The notes under the pieces are model-generated. The model worked only from the letters and a program-made list of their open reading frames with translations, had not been told where the DNA came from and ran no database searches. Shown piece by piece: positions 38,721 through 48,383 of a stretch of DNA of 57,102 bases. Made by a program: the position numbers and the translations under genes. Every line of letters begins with the position of its first letter. Within the stretch, counting starts at the first letter, position 1. The DNA comes from Gemmatimonadaceae bacterium (GTDB taxonomy: Bacteria; Gemmatimonadota; Gemmatimonadetes; Gemmatimonadales; Gemmatimonadaceae), in the NCBI GenBank assembly GCA_035492735.1, contig DATJIZ010000036.1, forward strand, positions 1-57,102. Reading direction: 5' to 3'.

Positions 38721-40843
38721 GTCTTCTTCAACCCGTTGAGCCACGCATTGAATTGCGCGATGTCCTCGCCGCGCTCGGCCGGCTCGCGGCCCGCCTCGAC
38801 CTCGCCGCCGCCAGCGCCTTGGCCCAGCTCGTCGCTGAAGAACTGGTCGAACGAAAACGCGTCGGCGTCGTCGCGGCGTGGCACGGGCGCATTTGCCTTG
38901 AACACGTGGTCCAGGGAGAGTTCGCTCGATGCCTCGTGCGCCGGAACGCCGCGAATCGGCGTCGGCTCTGGCCAGTCCCCGAAGGCTTGTGCCAGCGCGT
39001 CTGCCGCGGAGCGGTCCTCGTCGCTTGGCGCCGCGTTCGAGAACAGCGCGTCGATCGAGCCGGTGACCGAGTCCGACGGCGCGGCGTTCGGTGCCTCGAG
39101 CTCGGACTCTGCCTGCGCAGCGGCTCCCTCCGACGCCGACTCCTCCGGCCGGCGTGCAATCACCCGCCGCAGGAATTCGCGGATCGTCTGCCCAGCCACG
39201 GCCGTGGCGGGAGTGCCGTCGGCTCCGAGCGGCTGCGGCTCCCAGGTCGTCTCGTGAGACTTCCCGTAGATGCGCTGCTTGACGTCGCGAATCCGATCGT
39301 GCAGGCGTGCGTCGCCCGGATTGTGGGCGAGCAATTTCTCGTAGATGTCGAGGGCGCCGGCCCAATGGCCCTGCTGCATATACAAGTTGGCCATCGTTTC
39401 GGTCACGAACACTTCATCGCTCGCAGCGTGTTCCGGCTCGGGCTCGGCCTCGGCCGGCGGCTCCGAGGACGAAACGGACGTCGTCGCCAACGGTTCCATT
39501 TCCAGCGCGGGCTCAGGCGAGAATTCAGCGACCAGCGCGGGCTCGTCCGACGGCAGTCCGAGTTTGATGTCGCTCGCCAGCTCGATCACCGGTTCCGGCT
39601 CGACCGGTTCGGGCTCGGTCACCGATTCCAGCTCGGTCGACAGTTCCGGCTCGATCGTCAGCTCGGCGAACGCCACAATCGGCAACTCGGGTGAAGGCTC
39701 GGGAACCCCATCGGCCGAACGCTCGGCAGGCGGTTCGGCCATGGGCTCCGGAATCTGCGCGCCCGCCGATAACTCCGGCTCGAACTGGAGGTCAGGCTCG
39801 TTCGCCGTGATCGGCCCGCTGTCCTCGAGACTCACGACTTCCACAAATTCGCTCGCGATCGCCGGCTCCGCGGTCTCGCCGTGCGCGGCCGGCAGGTCGA
39901 ATGGCGATTCGCCTGACGATTCGCTCTCGTCGAGGTCGATCGTCGGGAGACCGTCCAGCGGCAGATCTTTCAGCTCCGCGCCGGCCGCGTCGGTGGCACC
40001 CGCCGCCGCTTCGACCTCGTCGGAAGCTTGCTCCGTCGCTGCCGCGCCAATGGAAAAATCGTCCAGGTCGAGCAGGTCCTCAGTGGCCGGTTCAGCCGAA
40101 CCGGCGGCGGCATCCAACACCAGTCCGACATCGTTGTCAGCAGCCGTGGGTGCAGCTCCCGCGTCCGCCGCGTCCCCGGCCGCATCGGCGAAATCGGGCT
40201 CTCCGACCGTTTCGCTGGGCGTCGGCTCCTCGAAATCGATCGTGCGGTCGAAGCCCTCGAACGGTTCGTACGTCTGCGGTGCAGCTCCGGCAGCGGTAGT
40301 TGGACCGGGCTCGGCAAGTTCGCTCGTCGCGCCCGGTGCGGCTGGTGGTTCCGCGGCATGCGCGCTTTCCGATGCGCTCGCGATGACCGGCTCGACCGCG
40401 CTCGGCGCAGTCGGTTCGGGGATTGGCGGCGGAGCTTCGCCGGGCGCCGCTTCCATCGACATCAGCACCTGCGCGATTTCGTCGTTCCGAGGATCGGACT
40501 CCAGAACGCGCTGATACCAGAACCGCGCGACGTCCATGTCGCCGGCCTGGCGCGCGATGTCGCCGAGGTGCCGCAGCGCGATGAGGTTTTCCGGATCGAG
40601 CGACAGCGCCGTCTCGAACACCGCCTTCGCTTCCTCGTCACGTCCAAGCTCGAACAACGTTTGGCCGTACACGATGTGGCCGCTCATGTGGCCAGGCTGC
40701 TGCGGCAAATACTCCTGGCAAATGAAGACAGCCTGCTCGAGGTCGCCCGCCTTTCGGAACTCATTCGCGAGCGGAGCGAAATATCGACGGGGGTTCTCGT
40801 CGAACTTTTTCCGGAGCTCGTCGATGCGAGCGGAACTCGCCAT
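38717..40843 (-). CDS. TPR-repeat protein with a long acidic Pro/Glu/Ala-rich disordered centre (708 aa)
   Basis: N-terminal TPRs (about aa 1-130), an acidic region of about 335 aa nearly devoid of Lys/Arg (roughly 39430..40440), one more TPR-like unit (TETMANLYMQQGHWAGALDIYEKLLAHNPGD), and a second acidic tail ending FSFDQFF...DIAQFNAWLNGLKKT. Confidence 0.75.
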   Translation of the reverse strand: MASSARIDELRKKFDENPRRYFAPLANEFRKAGDLEQAVFICQEYLPQQPGHMSGHIVYGQTLFELGRDEEAKAVFETALSLDPENLIALRHLGDIARQAGDMDVARFWYQRVLESDPRNDEIAQVLMSMEAAPGEAPPPIPEPTAPSAVEPVIASASESAHAAEPPAAPGATSELAEPGPTTAAGAAPQTYEPFEGFDRTIDFEEPTPSETVGEPDFADAAGDAADAGAAPTAADNDVGLVLDAAAGSAEPATEDLLDLDDFSIGAAATEQASDEVEAAAGATDAAGAELKDLPLDGLPTIDLDESESSGESPFDLPAAHGETAEPAIASEFVEVVSLEDSGPITANEPDLQFEPELSAGAQIPEPMAEPPAERSADGVPEPSPELPIVAFAELTIEPELSTELESVTEPEPVEPEPVIELASDIKLGLPSDEPALVAEFSPEPALEMEPLATTSVSSSEPPAEAEPEPEHAASDEVFVTETMANLYMQQGHWAGALDIYEKLLAHNPGDARLHDRIRDVKQRIYGKSHETTWEPQPLGADGTPATAVAGQTIREFLRRVIARRPEESASEGAAAQAESELEAPNAAPSDSVTGSIDALFSNAAPSDEDRSAADALAQAFGDWPEPTPIRGVPAHEASSELSLDHVFKANAPVPRRDDADAFSFDQFFSDELGQGAGGGEVEAGREPAERGEDIAQFNAWLNGLKKT

Positions 40844-41038
40844 TGAATGCCCTTCGGTCAGACGCGCGAGGGGCCGAAGCCCGGTTGGAAAAATGAATGC
40901 GGATTATACATACCGCGGACGGCGGGAGTCAATCAGAAGTCACATCCTCACTTGATTTTAGCCCGTCTTGGCCCCTAACTTCACGAGCTTGTTCCGGCTG
41001 CAATTCCCTTCCCTTTCCGCGCTTCGGAGTTCCATCTC

Positions 41039-42871
41039 GTGCTGCAGCAGATGCGGAGCCTGGCGAAGTACATCTGGGTGCTCGTCGCCCTGGTCTTCGT
41101 CGGCGGCTTCCTTCTTTACGAAACGTCGGGGTTGATGGGCCGTACGCCCGTGACCTCGACCACCGCCGTCGCCGTCGTCAACGGCCAGGAGATCCCATAT
41201 CGGGATTTCCAGGCCCGGGTGCAGAACGAAGTCCAATCCGAGCAACAACGGTCGGGGCGCTCGCTCTCGCAGGACGACACGAAACGCATCGAGAACGCGG
41301 TGTTCGATCAGATGGTTGCCGAGGTGTTGCTGGCCGATCAATACCGGCGTCGTGGCATCGTCGTGACAGACGACGAGGTTCGTGAATTCGCGCGCTATGC
41401 GCCGCCGCCCTGGATCACGAATGCACCAGAGCTCCAGACGGACGGACGGTTCGATCCCGATAAGTATCAGCGCTTGCTCGCCAGCCCACAGGCACGGCAG
41501 AGCGGGCTCCTGCTGCAGCTCGAAGCGTATTATCGGTCCGAGATCCCCCGCGAGAAGCTGCTCGATCAGGTCTCATCCGGGGTCTACGTCACCGATGCGG
41601 AGCTGTGGCGCGCCTGGCGTGACCAGCACGACAGTGCGCAGGTGAGCTACGTCACGTTCGCTCCGGCGGTCGATCAGGCCGCGATCAAGGCCGTGAGCGA
41701 CGACGACGCGCGCGCGTACTTCAATCAGCACAAGGACGAGTTCAAGAGCACTGGTCGCGCGGTGCTCTCCGTGGTGATCATTCCGCGCCTGATCACGGCG
41801 GCTGACACGGCGGCGGTGCGCGCCCACGCGCAGGCGCTTCGCGACTCGATCGCCAAGGGCGAACAAAAGTTCGAGGATGCCGCGAAGCGGGAATCGGTTG
41901 ATAGCGTGTCGGGCGCGAACGGCGGTGATCTCGGGGCCGCACCGGGGTCGCGCTACGTGCCCGAGTTCACCAAGGCGGCGCAGGCGCTCAAGCCTGGCGA
42001 GATCTCGCAGCCGGTCCTCTCGCCCTTCGGCTTCCACATCATCCGCATGGACAGTCGCAAGGGAGACACACTCTCGCTCCATCACATCCTCCTGCGCATC
42101 GAGCCGAGCGATACGGCAACGACGCGCATCGATCAGCTCGCGGACACGCTGTCGCGTACAGCCGCCTCCAGCGAGCAGGGGTCGAAGCTCGACAGCGCGG
42201 CAAAGCGGCTCGGTCTCAAGGTCGTTCGCGCGGAAGCGGTCGAAAACGAGCCGGCGACGTACAACGGGCAAGTCGTGCCCAGCGTGAGCGCCTGGGCATT
42301 CGGTGGTGCCCGACCGGGCGAAACGAGCGAGCTGTTCGACGACGAGAACGGCTACTACCTCGCGCGGCTCGACTCCCTCCATGCGGGAGGCGACGTCACC
42401 TTCGAGAGCGTGCGCGACCAGGTCCGCGCGCGAGTCGCGCAGGAGCACGCCGTGGACAAGATCATGCCCGACGCCCAGAAGCTCGCCGCCGCCGCGGCGG
42501 CGAGCTCGCTCGAAGCCGCCGCGCAGCAGGCCGGCAAGAAGGTAGAGCAGAGCCCGATGTTCGCGCGCGGCTCGGTCGTTCCGGGACTCGGACAGTTCAC
42601 CGAGGCCGTCGGCGCGGCGTTCGCCCTTCCCGTGGGAGCGGTGAGTCAACCCGTGCGAACGGCCAATTCCGCTGACGTGATCCGCGTCGACAAGCGCGTC
42701 CTGGCCGACAGCGCGGCGTGGGTGGCGCAAAAGGCCGCGCAGAAGGCGTCTCGGCTGCAACAGCTGCGCGATCAGACCGTGCAGATGTTCCTGCAGGATC
42801 TTCGAAAGTCCGCCAAGGTCGAAGATCGCCGAAAGGAGATCAACGCGGCGCTTCGGCGGCAGCAGGTCTGA
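41039..42871 (+). CDS. Periplasmic chaperone / peptidyl-prolyl isomerase, PpiD/SurA-like
   Basis: N-terminal membrane anchor (YIWVLVALVFVGGFLLY), a SurA_N-like region and a parvulin domain (GGDLGAAPGSRYVPEFTKAAQALKPGEISQPVLSPFGFHIIRMD). The start is GTG 41039 or ATG 41051. Confidence 0.8.
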   Translation: MLQQMRSLAKYIWVLVALVFVGGFLLYETSGLMGRTPVTSTTAVAVVNGQEIPYRDFQARVQNEVQSEQQRSGRSLSQDDTKRIENAVFDQMVAEVLLADQYRRRGIVVTDDEVREFARYAPPPWITNAPELQTDGRFDPDKYQRLLASPQARQSGLLLQLEAYYRSEIPREKLLDQVSSGVYVTDAELWRAWRDQHDSAQVSYVTFAPAVDQAAIKAVSDDDARAYFNQHKDEFKSTGRAVLSVVIIPRLITAADTAAVRAHAQALRDSIAKGEQKFEDAAKRESVDSVSGANGGDLGAAPGSRYVPEFTKAAQALKPGEISQPVLSPFGFHIIRMDSRKGDTLSLHHILLRIEPSDTATTRIDQLADTLSRTAASSEQGSKLDSAAKRLGLKVVRAEAVENEPATYNGQVVPSVSAWAFGGARPGETSELFDDENGYYLARLDSLHAGGDVTFESVRDQVRARVAQEHAVDKIMPDAQKLAAAAAASSLEAAAQQAGKKVEQSPMFARGSVVPGLGQFTEAVGAAFALPVGAVSQPVRTANSADVIRVDKRVLADSAAWVAQKAAQKASRLQQLRDQTVQMFLQDLRKSAKVEDRRKEINAALRRQQV

Positions 42872-42901
42872 CGACGCGAGCGTCTTGATCCGGAGCGCGA
42901 G

Positions 42902-42931
42902 CAAAGGGCGGCCCGAAAGGGCCGCCCTTTG
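42902..42931. terminator. Perfect 13-bp hairpin with GAAA loop between convergent ppiD-like and tatA genes (bidirectional terminator)
   Basis: CAAAGGGCGGCCC, loop GAAA, then GGGCCGCCCTTTG, read directly from the sequence. It lies 31 nt after the ppiD-like stop and 39 nt after the tatA stop. Confidence 0.7.
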
Positions 42932-42969
42932 TCATGGAACCGATGGAGGTCGCGCTGCGGCGAACGTGC

Positions 42970-43254
42970 CTAGATCAGCCGCTTGGGTTCCGGCCGAGCC
43001 GCTTCGTCCTCGGCCCGCCGCGACGATACCGGCTCGCCGGCGGGCAGATGCTCGCCGCTACGCGGCTGCTCGCGGAGCGCATCACGAATCGGCTCGCGAA
43101 TCTCCCGGTCCGCATCGCTGATGTTCTTCTTGAATTCGCGGATACCCTTGCCGATCGACGCACCGATTTCCGGAACTCGCCTGGCGCCAAAGAGCACCAG
43201 CACGATGATCAGGATCATCAGCAGTTCGGTGAAACCCAGATTGCCGAAATTCAT
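42970..43254 (-). CDS. tatA: Twin-arginine translocase subunit TatA/E
   Basis: MNFGNLGFTELLMILIIVLVLFGARRVPEIGASIGKGIREFKK is a canonical TatA TM plus amphipathic helix. 94 aa. Confidence 0.9.
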   Translation of the reverse strand: MNFGNLGFTELLMILIIVLVLFGARRVPEIGASIGKGIREFKKNISDADREIREPIRDALREQPRSGEHLPAGEPVSSRRAEDEAARPEPKRLI

Positions 43255-43262
43255 ACCTTCTC

Positions 43263-43544
43263 CTAGAAGAGCGATCGAGCGATGAGGTAGGCGACCAGCA
43301 CGCCGACCAGGCTCAGTATTGAAACATCGATCGCAACGGGCCCTAACGCAAACCTGATGATGACGAGGTCAATCGGCAACGGGCCGACTGATGCGGTTAC
43401 CCCCGCCGTCAAGAATTCTTTCGCGGCACCGGCCGGGAATAGAATGCGCGCAGCCTGCTGCATCGCACCGCCGGCAATGAAGCCGAGCGCAAGCACCATG
43501 GCATGAAACCCCGGACGGTGCTTGGAGGATCCGCGTGGTGGCAT
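43263..43544 (-). CDS. Small membrane protein, DUF4321-like
   Basis: 93 aa. An N-terminal TM segment and a C-terminal pattern (PLPIDLVIIRFALGPVAIDVSILSLVGVLVAYLIARSLF) resemble DUF4321 proteins as I remember them. The ATG directly abuts the upstream stop. Confidence 0.5.
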   Translation of the reverse strand: MPPRGSSKHRPGFHAMVLALGFIAGGAMQQAARILFPAGAAKEFLTAGVTASVGPLPIDLVIIRFALGPVAIDVSILSLVGVLVAYLIARSLF

Positions 43545-44558
43545 TTAGGATTGCCGATCCATGACGTAGGCGATAGCGTCGGTGAGGGACGACCGGACAG
43601 GACCCTGGGGAAGGACGCGCAACGCACGCAGAGCGTCATCGGCGAACTGCTCGCCACGCTGCCGCGCGTACTCGATTCCACCCGCCTCGGCGACGATCGC
43701 GATCGCGTCCGAGATGAGCTCGTCACCGGGGTTTTCGGTGGCAAACAGCTCGTCCACGCGGGCTCGGCCCGGTGCCGACATGTGCTGGAGCGCCGCGATG
43801 AGCGGCAAGGTCACCTTGTGCTCGCGCAGGTCGAGGCCGCCCGGTTTTCCCGTCTTGGTCTGGTCGCCCATGTAATCGAGCAGATCGTCCGCGATCTGAA
43901 ACGCCACGCCCAGACGGTCGCCGTACTCCACCAGCGGCTGTCGAAACTGTGGAGCGCCGCACAGCGCGCCGCACTCGCAGGCGCCGGCGATGAGGGACGC
44001 GGTCTTGGCGCGAACGAGGCGATAATACTCGTCTTCCGTGAATGCGAGCGCGTCTACGGCGCCAAGCTGTCGCATCTCACCGATCGTCAGCTCGTTCGCG
44101 ACATCGGTCACGACGCGAATCAGCTCGAGATCGCCGAGACCGACGAGCGCTTTGAGCGCCCGTGAATAAAGAAAGTCTCCCATGATGACGGAGACCTGGT
44201 GGCTGAACAGCGCGTTGACCGTGGGCAGGCCACGACGCAGCACGGAGTGATCGACGGAATCATCGTGCACCAGCGTCGCGAGGTGCATCAGCTCCACGAT
44301 TGCCGCGAGCGTCACGCTGCGCGGTTCCGGGCCGTCCGCCGCCGCGCTGGCGAGGAGGGTCAACGTCGGGCGGAACATCTTGCCGCGCATCTGAAGAAGA
44401 TGCGCGCTCACCTCCCGGATGATCGGCAGGCTGTCCGTCACGATGCGGTGCATCTCCGAAACCACATCATCCAGCCGGTCCCGCACGGGAGCCTGGATGT
44501 CGCGCAGCGCGCGCGAGCCTGGCGTTCGAGCGCGGGCGACTGCCCCGCTCACTGCCAC
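43545..44558 (-). CDS. Polyprenyl diphosphate synthase (IspB-like long-chain trans-prenyltransferase)
   Basis: First and second Asp-rich motifs (LVHDDSVD, QIADDLLD) and GKMFRP. The start is GTG 44558 or GTG 44552 (the latter a GTGA overlap with the upstream TPR gene stop). Confidence 0.85.
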   Translation of the reverse strand: MAVSGAVARARTPGSRALRDIQAPVRDRLDDVVSEMHRIVTDSLPIIREVSAHLLQMRGKMFRPTLTLLASAAADGPEPRSVTLAAIVELMHLATLVHDDSVDHSVLRRGLPTVNALFSHQVSVIMGDFLYSRALKALVGLGDLELIRVVTDVANELTIGEMRQLGAVDALAFTEDEYYRLVRAKTASLIAGACECGALCGAPQFRQPLVEYGDRLGVAFQIADDLLDYMGDQTKTGKPGGLDLREHKVTLPLIAALQHMSAPGRARVDELFATENPGDELISDAIAIVAEAGGIEYARQRGEQFADDALRALRVLPQGPVRSSLTDAIAYVMDRQS

Positions 44559-47005
44559 ACCCGTTCGACGGCGTGCATCCGATCGGCGACGTCTCGGAAT
44601 TGGATGTCGAGCACGAATACCCGTTGGTAGTAGTCCAGCGCCTCGGCAGGATTGTTCTGCAGCTCGGCGGCGCGACCGAGCCAATATAAGATACCGACCA
44701 ACTGGTCTTCGCTGGCTCGCTCGTGCAGCGCGCGGCCGAGAATGGACGACGCAAGCTTGAACTGGCCCTTCTCCAGAAAGCACTGACCCAGGGCTTCATA
44801 CGCCGGAAGCCGATTCGTCGGATTGCCGAGCGCCTTCTGGAACTCGGCGATCGCTTCGTCGAGGAGGCCCATCTCCTTGTACGCGATCGCCAGGTCGTAA
44901 TGACTCTGGTAGTCTTCGGCGGCGACGTTCTCGAGGATGCCTTGCTTGAATTTGCGGAGCATCTCGGCGAAGTCCGCCTGTTCGTCGCCGGTCGGCTCGT
45001 CGTCCGGCACCACCATGCGCGTGTCTTTGGGCGCCTCGGCTTCGCGCAACCACTCGCCGAGGTTGACGAAGCCGCCGGCGTGTTGATTCGTCGTGGCGCC
45101 ACTCTCGTTCCATGGTCTGGACGACACGGCCGGGCGCTCCTCGCGATACGCGGGCCGGTCCGCCGAGAATTCGATCGCAGCCGTGGTCGTCGGCGTCAAC
45201 GAAATGTCCGGCGTGCCACGCAACAGCGCATCGAGTCCGGCACGGGCGCGCGGCTCGTCAGGCGCCAGGTCGAGCACGCGCTGATAAATCGTGCGCGCCT
45301 TGTCTGGCTGGTCCGACCGGAACAGCACGTCCGCGAGCGCCACATAGGCTTCGATGAGGCGCGCGCGGTCGTTCGTGCGGAACGCGTACTCGACGCGCTT
45401 CTGATGGTGCTTGATCACGTCGGGCTCGAGGCGAGCGATCTCCTCGGCAATCGATGCCGCGAGCTCCAGGTCACCACTGCGCTCGGCGCCTGACATCGCC
45501 GTCTCGAGCTCGCCGATCCCTTGCGCGCGCTCGCCCGCGGCAAGCATCAACTCGGCGAGATCGCGTCGCAGTCGCCAGTCGTTGGGCGAGTCATCGACGC
45601 GGGCGCGCAGCACTTCCACCGAGTGGGCCGCCTCGACCGTAGCGCGGCGAGCGACGGAGGGCGTGGGGAGGACGATCAGCTCGTCGTCGTCATCGCTCTC
45701 GTCCGACTCCTCGTGCAGATCGGTTTCCTCATCTTTCTCCCCGTCGACTTGCACGAGGGGCAGACCCTCGAGCGGCACCTCATCTTCATAGCCCGGCTCG
45801 GTCGGAGTGGGCTGCGCCCCGTCGAGATCGAGCAGATCGAAGTGCGCGACAGCCGGGTCGGCTTCGCCGAGGCCCGTTGGCTCGAGACCGAGGATCGAGT
45901 CCGACGAGATGATCTCGAGCGGCGGCGAGTCGTCTCCCAATCGCGTGACGCCGTCGAGCGCGTCGCCGACCGAATCCGCGTCGGCGAAATCGCCTTCATC
46001 GGCAGAGTTCGCGGAGCCAGCGAGTCCCGCCGCGTCGACGCCGGTCGCGTTGCCGAAATCCAGCTCGTCGAGATTCGCCTCGATGAGGTTCTCGTCAAGC
46101 TTCTGGTCGAGGCGCTCGTGGAGAACAGCGTCTTCGGCGAGGTTCTCACCGAGAAGGCTGTCCGCGACGAGACTCTCGTCGAGCAGTCCCGCCTGTTGGT
46201 CGGACACTGCCTCCGGCTCGGGCACCGGCATGAGCCGTGGCGGCGGCGCGAACTGGTGTGCGGCCCCCGGATGCTGCGGCGCCGCTGGGTGCGGGACGGA
46301 TGGTGGACGTGGCGGCCGGTCGTCGTCGTCGAGGTCGAGGAAGATCAGGCCGGAGCTCGTCGTTTCCGACTGCAGGCGCGCGGAGCGCGGCTCGACCGTC
46401 GGATCGATCGCGCGCATTCGCTCGAGGAGTTGCTTTGCTTCGACGTGCCGACCCTTTCGATCGTAGCGCTCGTAGAGCACCTGGAACTGTTCGATCGCCT
46501 CCTCGCCCCGGCCGGCCCGCACGAGCTGATCGGCGAGCATCATCCGGATCTCGTGTTGATCGGGGCAGAGATCGGCGAACTCGGTCAGCGCGCGAAACGC
46601 TTCGTCGACGTTGCCGGCCTTCTGCATGCGGTCGGCGTACTCGAGGAAGTTGGTGCGCGCTTCGTTCGTGAACCCCTTCTGCGCGCTGATTCTTCCAAGC
46701 TTGTAGTAGACCGACGCACGTCCCGGCGAGTAGCGCAGGATCTTGTTGCACAACGCAATCGCGTTGTTGAAGAAGCCCGTGTCGGCATACCGGTCGACGG
46801 CGCGCTCGTAGTAGTCGACCGCGTCGGCCACGTTGCCTTGCCGGAGCATCAGGTCGCCGACTCGGTTGAACAGCGCCACGTCCAGTTCGGCGGCGTTCTG
46901 ATCAAACGATTCGAGAAGCTTGACGTAGACGGCGATCGCCTTGTCGAACTGCCTTTTCAGCTCGAAGTCAGCGGCCTGCTTCTTCAGCTTTGCGACCTGG
47001 GACAT
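44549..47005 (-). CDS. TPR-repeat protein with an acidic disordered centre (818 aa)
   Basis: About 200 aa of N-terminal TPR/helical repeats, an acidic Asp/Glu/Leu/Pro-rich region (roughly 45640..46390), then more TPRs including HYDLAIAYKEMGLLDEAIAEFQKAL. Confidence 0.75.
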   Translation of the reverse strand: MSQVAKLKKQAADFELKRQFDKAIAVYVKLLESFDQNAAELDVALFNRVGDLMLRQGNVADAVDYYERAVDRYADTGFFNNAIALCNKILRYSPGRASVYYKLGRISAQKGFTNEARTNFLEYADRMQKAGNVDEAFRALTEFADLCPDQHEIRMMLADQLVRAGRGEEAIEQFQVLYERYDRKGRHVEAKQLLERMRAIDPTVEPRSARLQSETTSSGLIFLDLDDDDRPPRPPSVPHPAAPQHPGAAHQFAPPPRLMPVPEPEAVSDQQAGLLDESLVADSLLGENLAEDAVLHERLDQKLDENLIEANLDELDFGNATGVDAAGLAGSANSADEGDFADADSVGDALDGVTRLGDDSPPLEIISSDSILGLEPTGLGEADPAVAHFDLLDLDGAQPTPTEPGYEDEVPLEGLPLVQVDGEKDEETDLHEESDESDDDDELIVLPTPSVARRATVEAAHSVEVLRARVDDSPNDWRLRRDLAELMLAAGERAQGIGELETAMSGAERSGDLELAASIAEEIARLEPDVIKHHQKRVEYAFRTNDRARLIEAYVALADVLFRSDQPDKARTIYQRVLDLAPDEPRARAGLDALLRGTPDISLTPTTTAAIEFSADRPAYREERPAVSSRPWNESGATTNQHAGGFVNLGEWLREAEAPKDTRMVVPDDEPTGDEQADFAEMLRKFKQGILENVAAEDYQSHYDLAIAYKEMGLLDEAIAEFQKALGNPTNRLPAYEALGQCFLEKGQFKLASSILGRALHERASEDQLVGILYWLGRAAELQNNPAEALDYYQRVFVLDIQFRDVADRMHAVERVWQ

Positions 47006-47066
47006 CAGAGTCTGGTGGGTTCGAACGGGAAGAATCGGCCACGCCCGACCCGGGGTAGGTGGAGGC

Positions 47067-48383
47067 TTAACATAGACCTAAGTCTCTCGCGTGACAAGGT
47101 TTGCCGCCCACGAACGTGGCCACGCATCGGTTGTCGCCGTACCAATAAGGGACGTCTCGAAGGTCATCGACGTCAAACAATGCCAAGTCAGCGGCGAACC
47201 CGGGCGTGATCTGGCCGATACGATCCGCCATCCCGAGGGCGGCAGCTCCGTTTACGGTCGCGGCGATCACGGATTCGGCCGCACTCAGATGTAGCTGACT
47301 CACACCAAGTGTGAGGATGAGCGGCAGGTTGGGCGTGGGTGAGGTGCCCGGGTTGAAGTCGGTCGCCAACGCGACCGGGACGCCGCTCGCGATTAAACGC
47401 CTGGCGGGAGCGCGCGCGGACTTTCCAAGAAACAACATCGTGCCCGGCAGAAGCGTGGCGACGGTCGAGCCTCGGGCAAGCGCGGCGATGCCGGCGTCGG
47501 AGATCGCGGCCAGGTGGTCGGCGGACGTCGCCGCCAGCGATGCCGCCAATTCGGCGCCGCCCGACGACGTGAGCTCGTCGGCGTGCAGCTTGAGGAGCAG
47601 GCCGGCGCGGCGCGCGGCGTTGAGGATCGTTCTGCTCTCGTCCACGGTGTACACGCCAGTCTCGCAGAACACGTCGGCGAACCGGGCGAGCCCATTCCGG
47701 GCGACGATCGGAATCATGTCGTTGACGACGATTTCGATGTACGCCGTGCGCGCCGTTGCCGACGTCCGGTACTCGACCGGAATCTCGTGCGCACCGAGGA
47801 ACGTGGCGACGATTCGGACCGGGAGCTCTCGCCGCAGCCGATCGATCACGCGCAACGTCTTCAGCTCGTCATCGAGTGAGAGACCGTACCCGGACTTGAC
47901 CTCGATCGTGGTGGTGCCGAACGCCGCGAGTCGCATGAGCCGCCGGCGCGCGAGCTCGAACAGGGTCTCTTCGCTTTGCTCGCGCAGATCACGCACGGAG
48001 GCATGAATGCCGCCGCCGCGTCGCGCGATCTCCATGTAGTCGAGACCCGCGGCGCGCAGTTCCTGCTCGTCCGATCGCGCGCGTCCGAACACGCCGTGCG
48101 TGTGCGAATCGACCAGCCCGGGCATGAGCACGCCGCCCCGGCAGTCGACTTCGCGTGCGTCACGGTAGGTCGTCCGCAGCTCGTCGATCGGACCGATGGC
48201 GGCGATCACTCCCTGTACGACCGACACGGCCACGCCGCTCAGCGCGGCAGCGTCGGCCATCTCCGGACCGCGCCGTCCGCGCGCGGGGCCCGCGCACGTG
48301 ACGACCTGCCGCGCATTGGCGAAGATGAGAGTCTCGGCATCGGCCGCGTGCCGATCCGGCTCGGCTTCGACGTTCACGCTCAT
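47067..48383 (-). CDS. hutI: Imidazolonepropionase
   Basis: ATG 48383 gives ...GGVLMPGLVDSHTH..., TTIEVKSGYGL, LKLHADEL and a SADHL-like motif. 438 aa. ATGA overlap with the radical SAM gene stop. Confidence 0.9.
   Translation of the reverse strand: MSVNVEAEPDRHAADAETLIFANARQVVTCAGPARGRRGPEMADAAALSGVAVSVVQGVIAAIGPIDELRTTYRDAREVDCRGGVLMPGLVDSHTHGVFGRARSDEQELRAAGLDYMEIARRGGGIHASVRDLREQSEETLFELARRRLMRLAAFGTTTIEVKSGYGLSLDDELKTLRVIDRLRRELPVRIVATFLGAHEIPVEYRTSATARTAYIEIVVNDMIPIVARNGLARFADVFCETGVYTVDESRTILNAARRAGLLLKLHADELTSSGGAELAASLAATSADHLAAISDAGIAALARGSTVATLLPGTMLFLGKSARAPARRLIASGVPVALATDFNPGTSPTPNLPLILTLGVSQLHLSAAESVIAATVNGAAALGMADRIGQITPGFAADLALFDVDDLRDVPYWYGDNRCVATFVGGKPCHARDLGLC

Noticed and set aside
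38721-39365. N-terminal extension of the aroQ ORF (track ORF 38280..39365)
   Set aside because: It is an Arg-rich shadow overlapping the TPR gene. The AroQ signature VRIAVLNGPNLNLLG starts at GTG 38720, directly at the TPR gene stop.
39430-40440. Apparent DNA-level tandem repeats or CRISPR-like periodicity in the GGCTCG/CGAGCC-rich stretch
   Set aside because: The periodicity is imperfect and reflects Glu-Pro/Ala codon bias within the acidic linker of the TPR protein. There are no exact repeat units or spacers.
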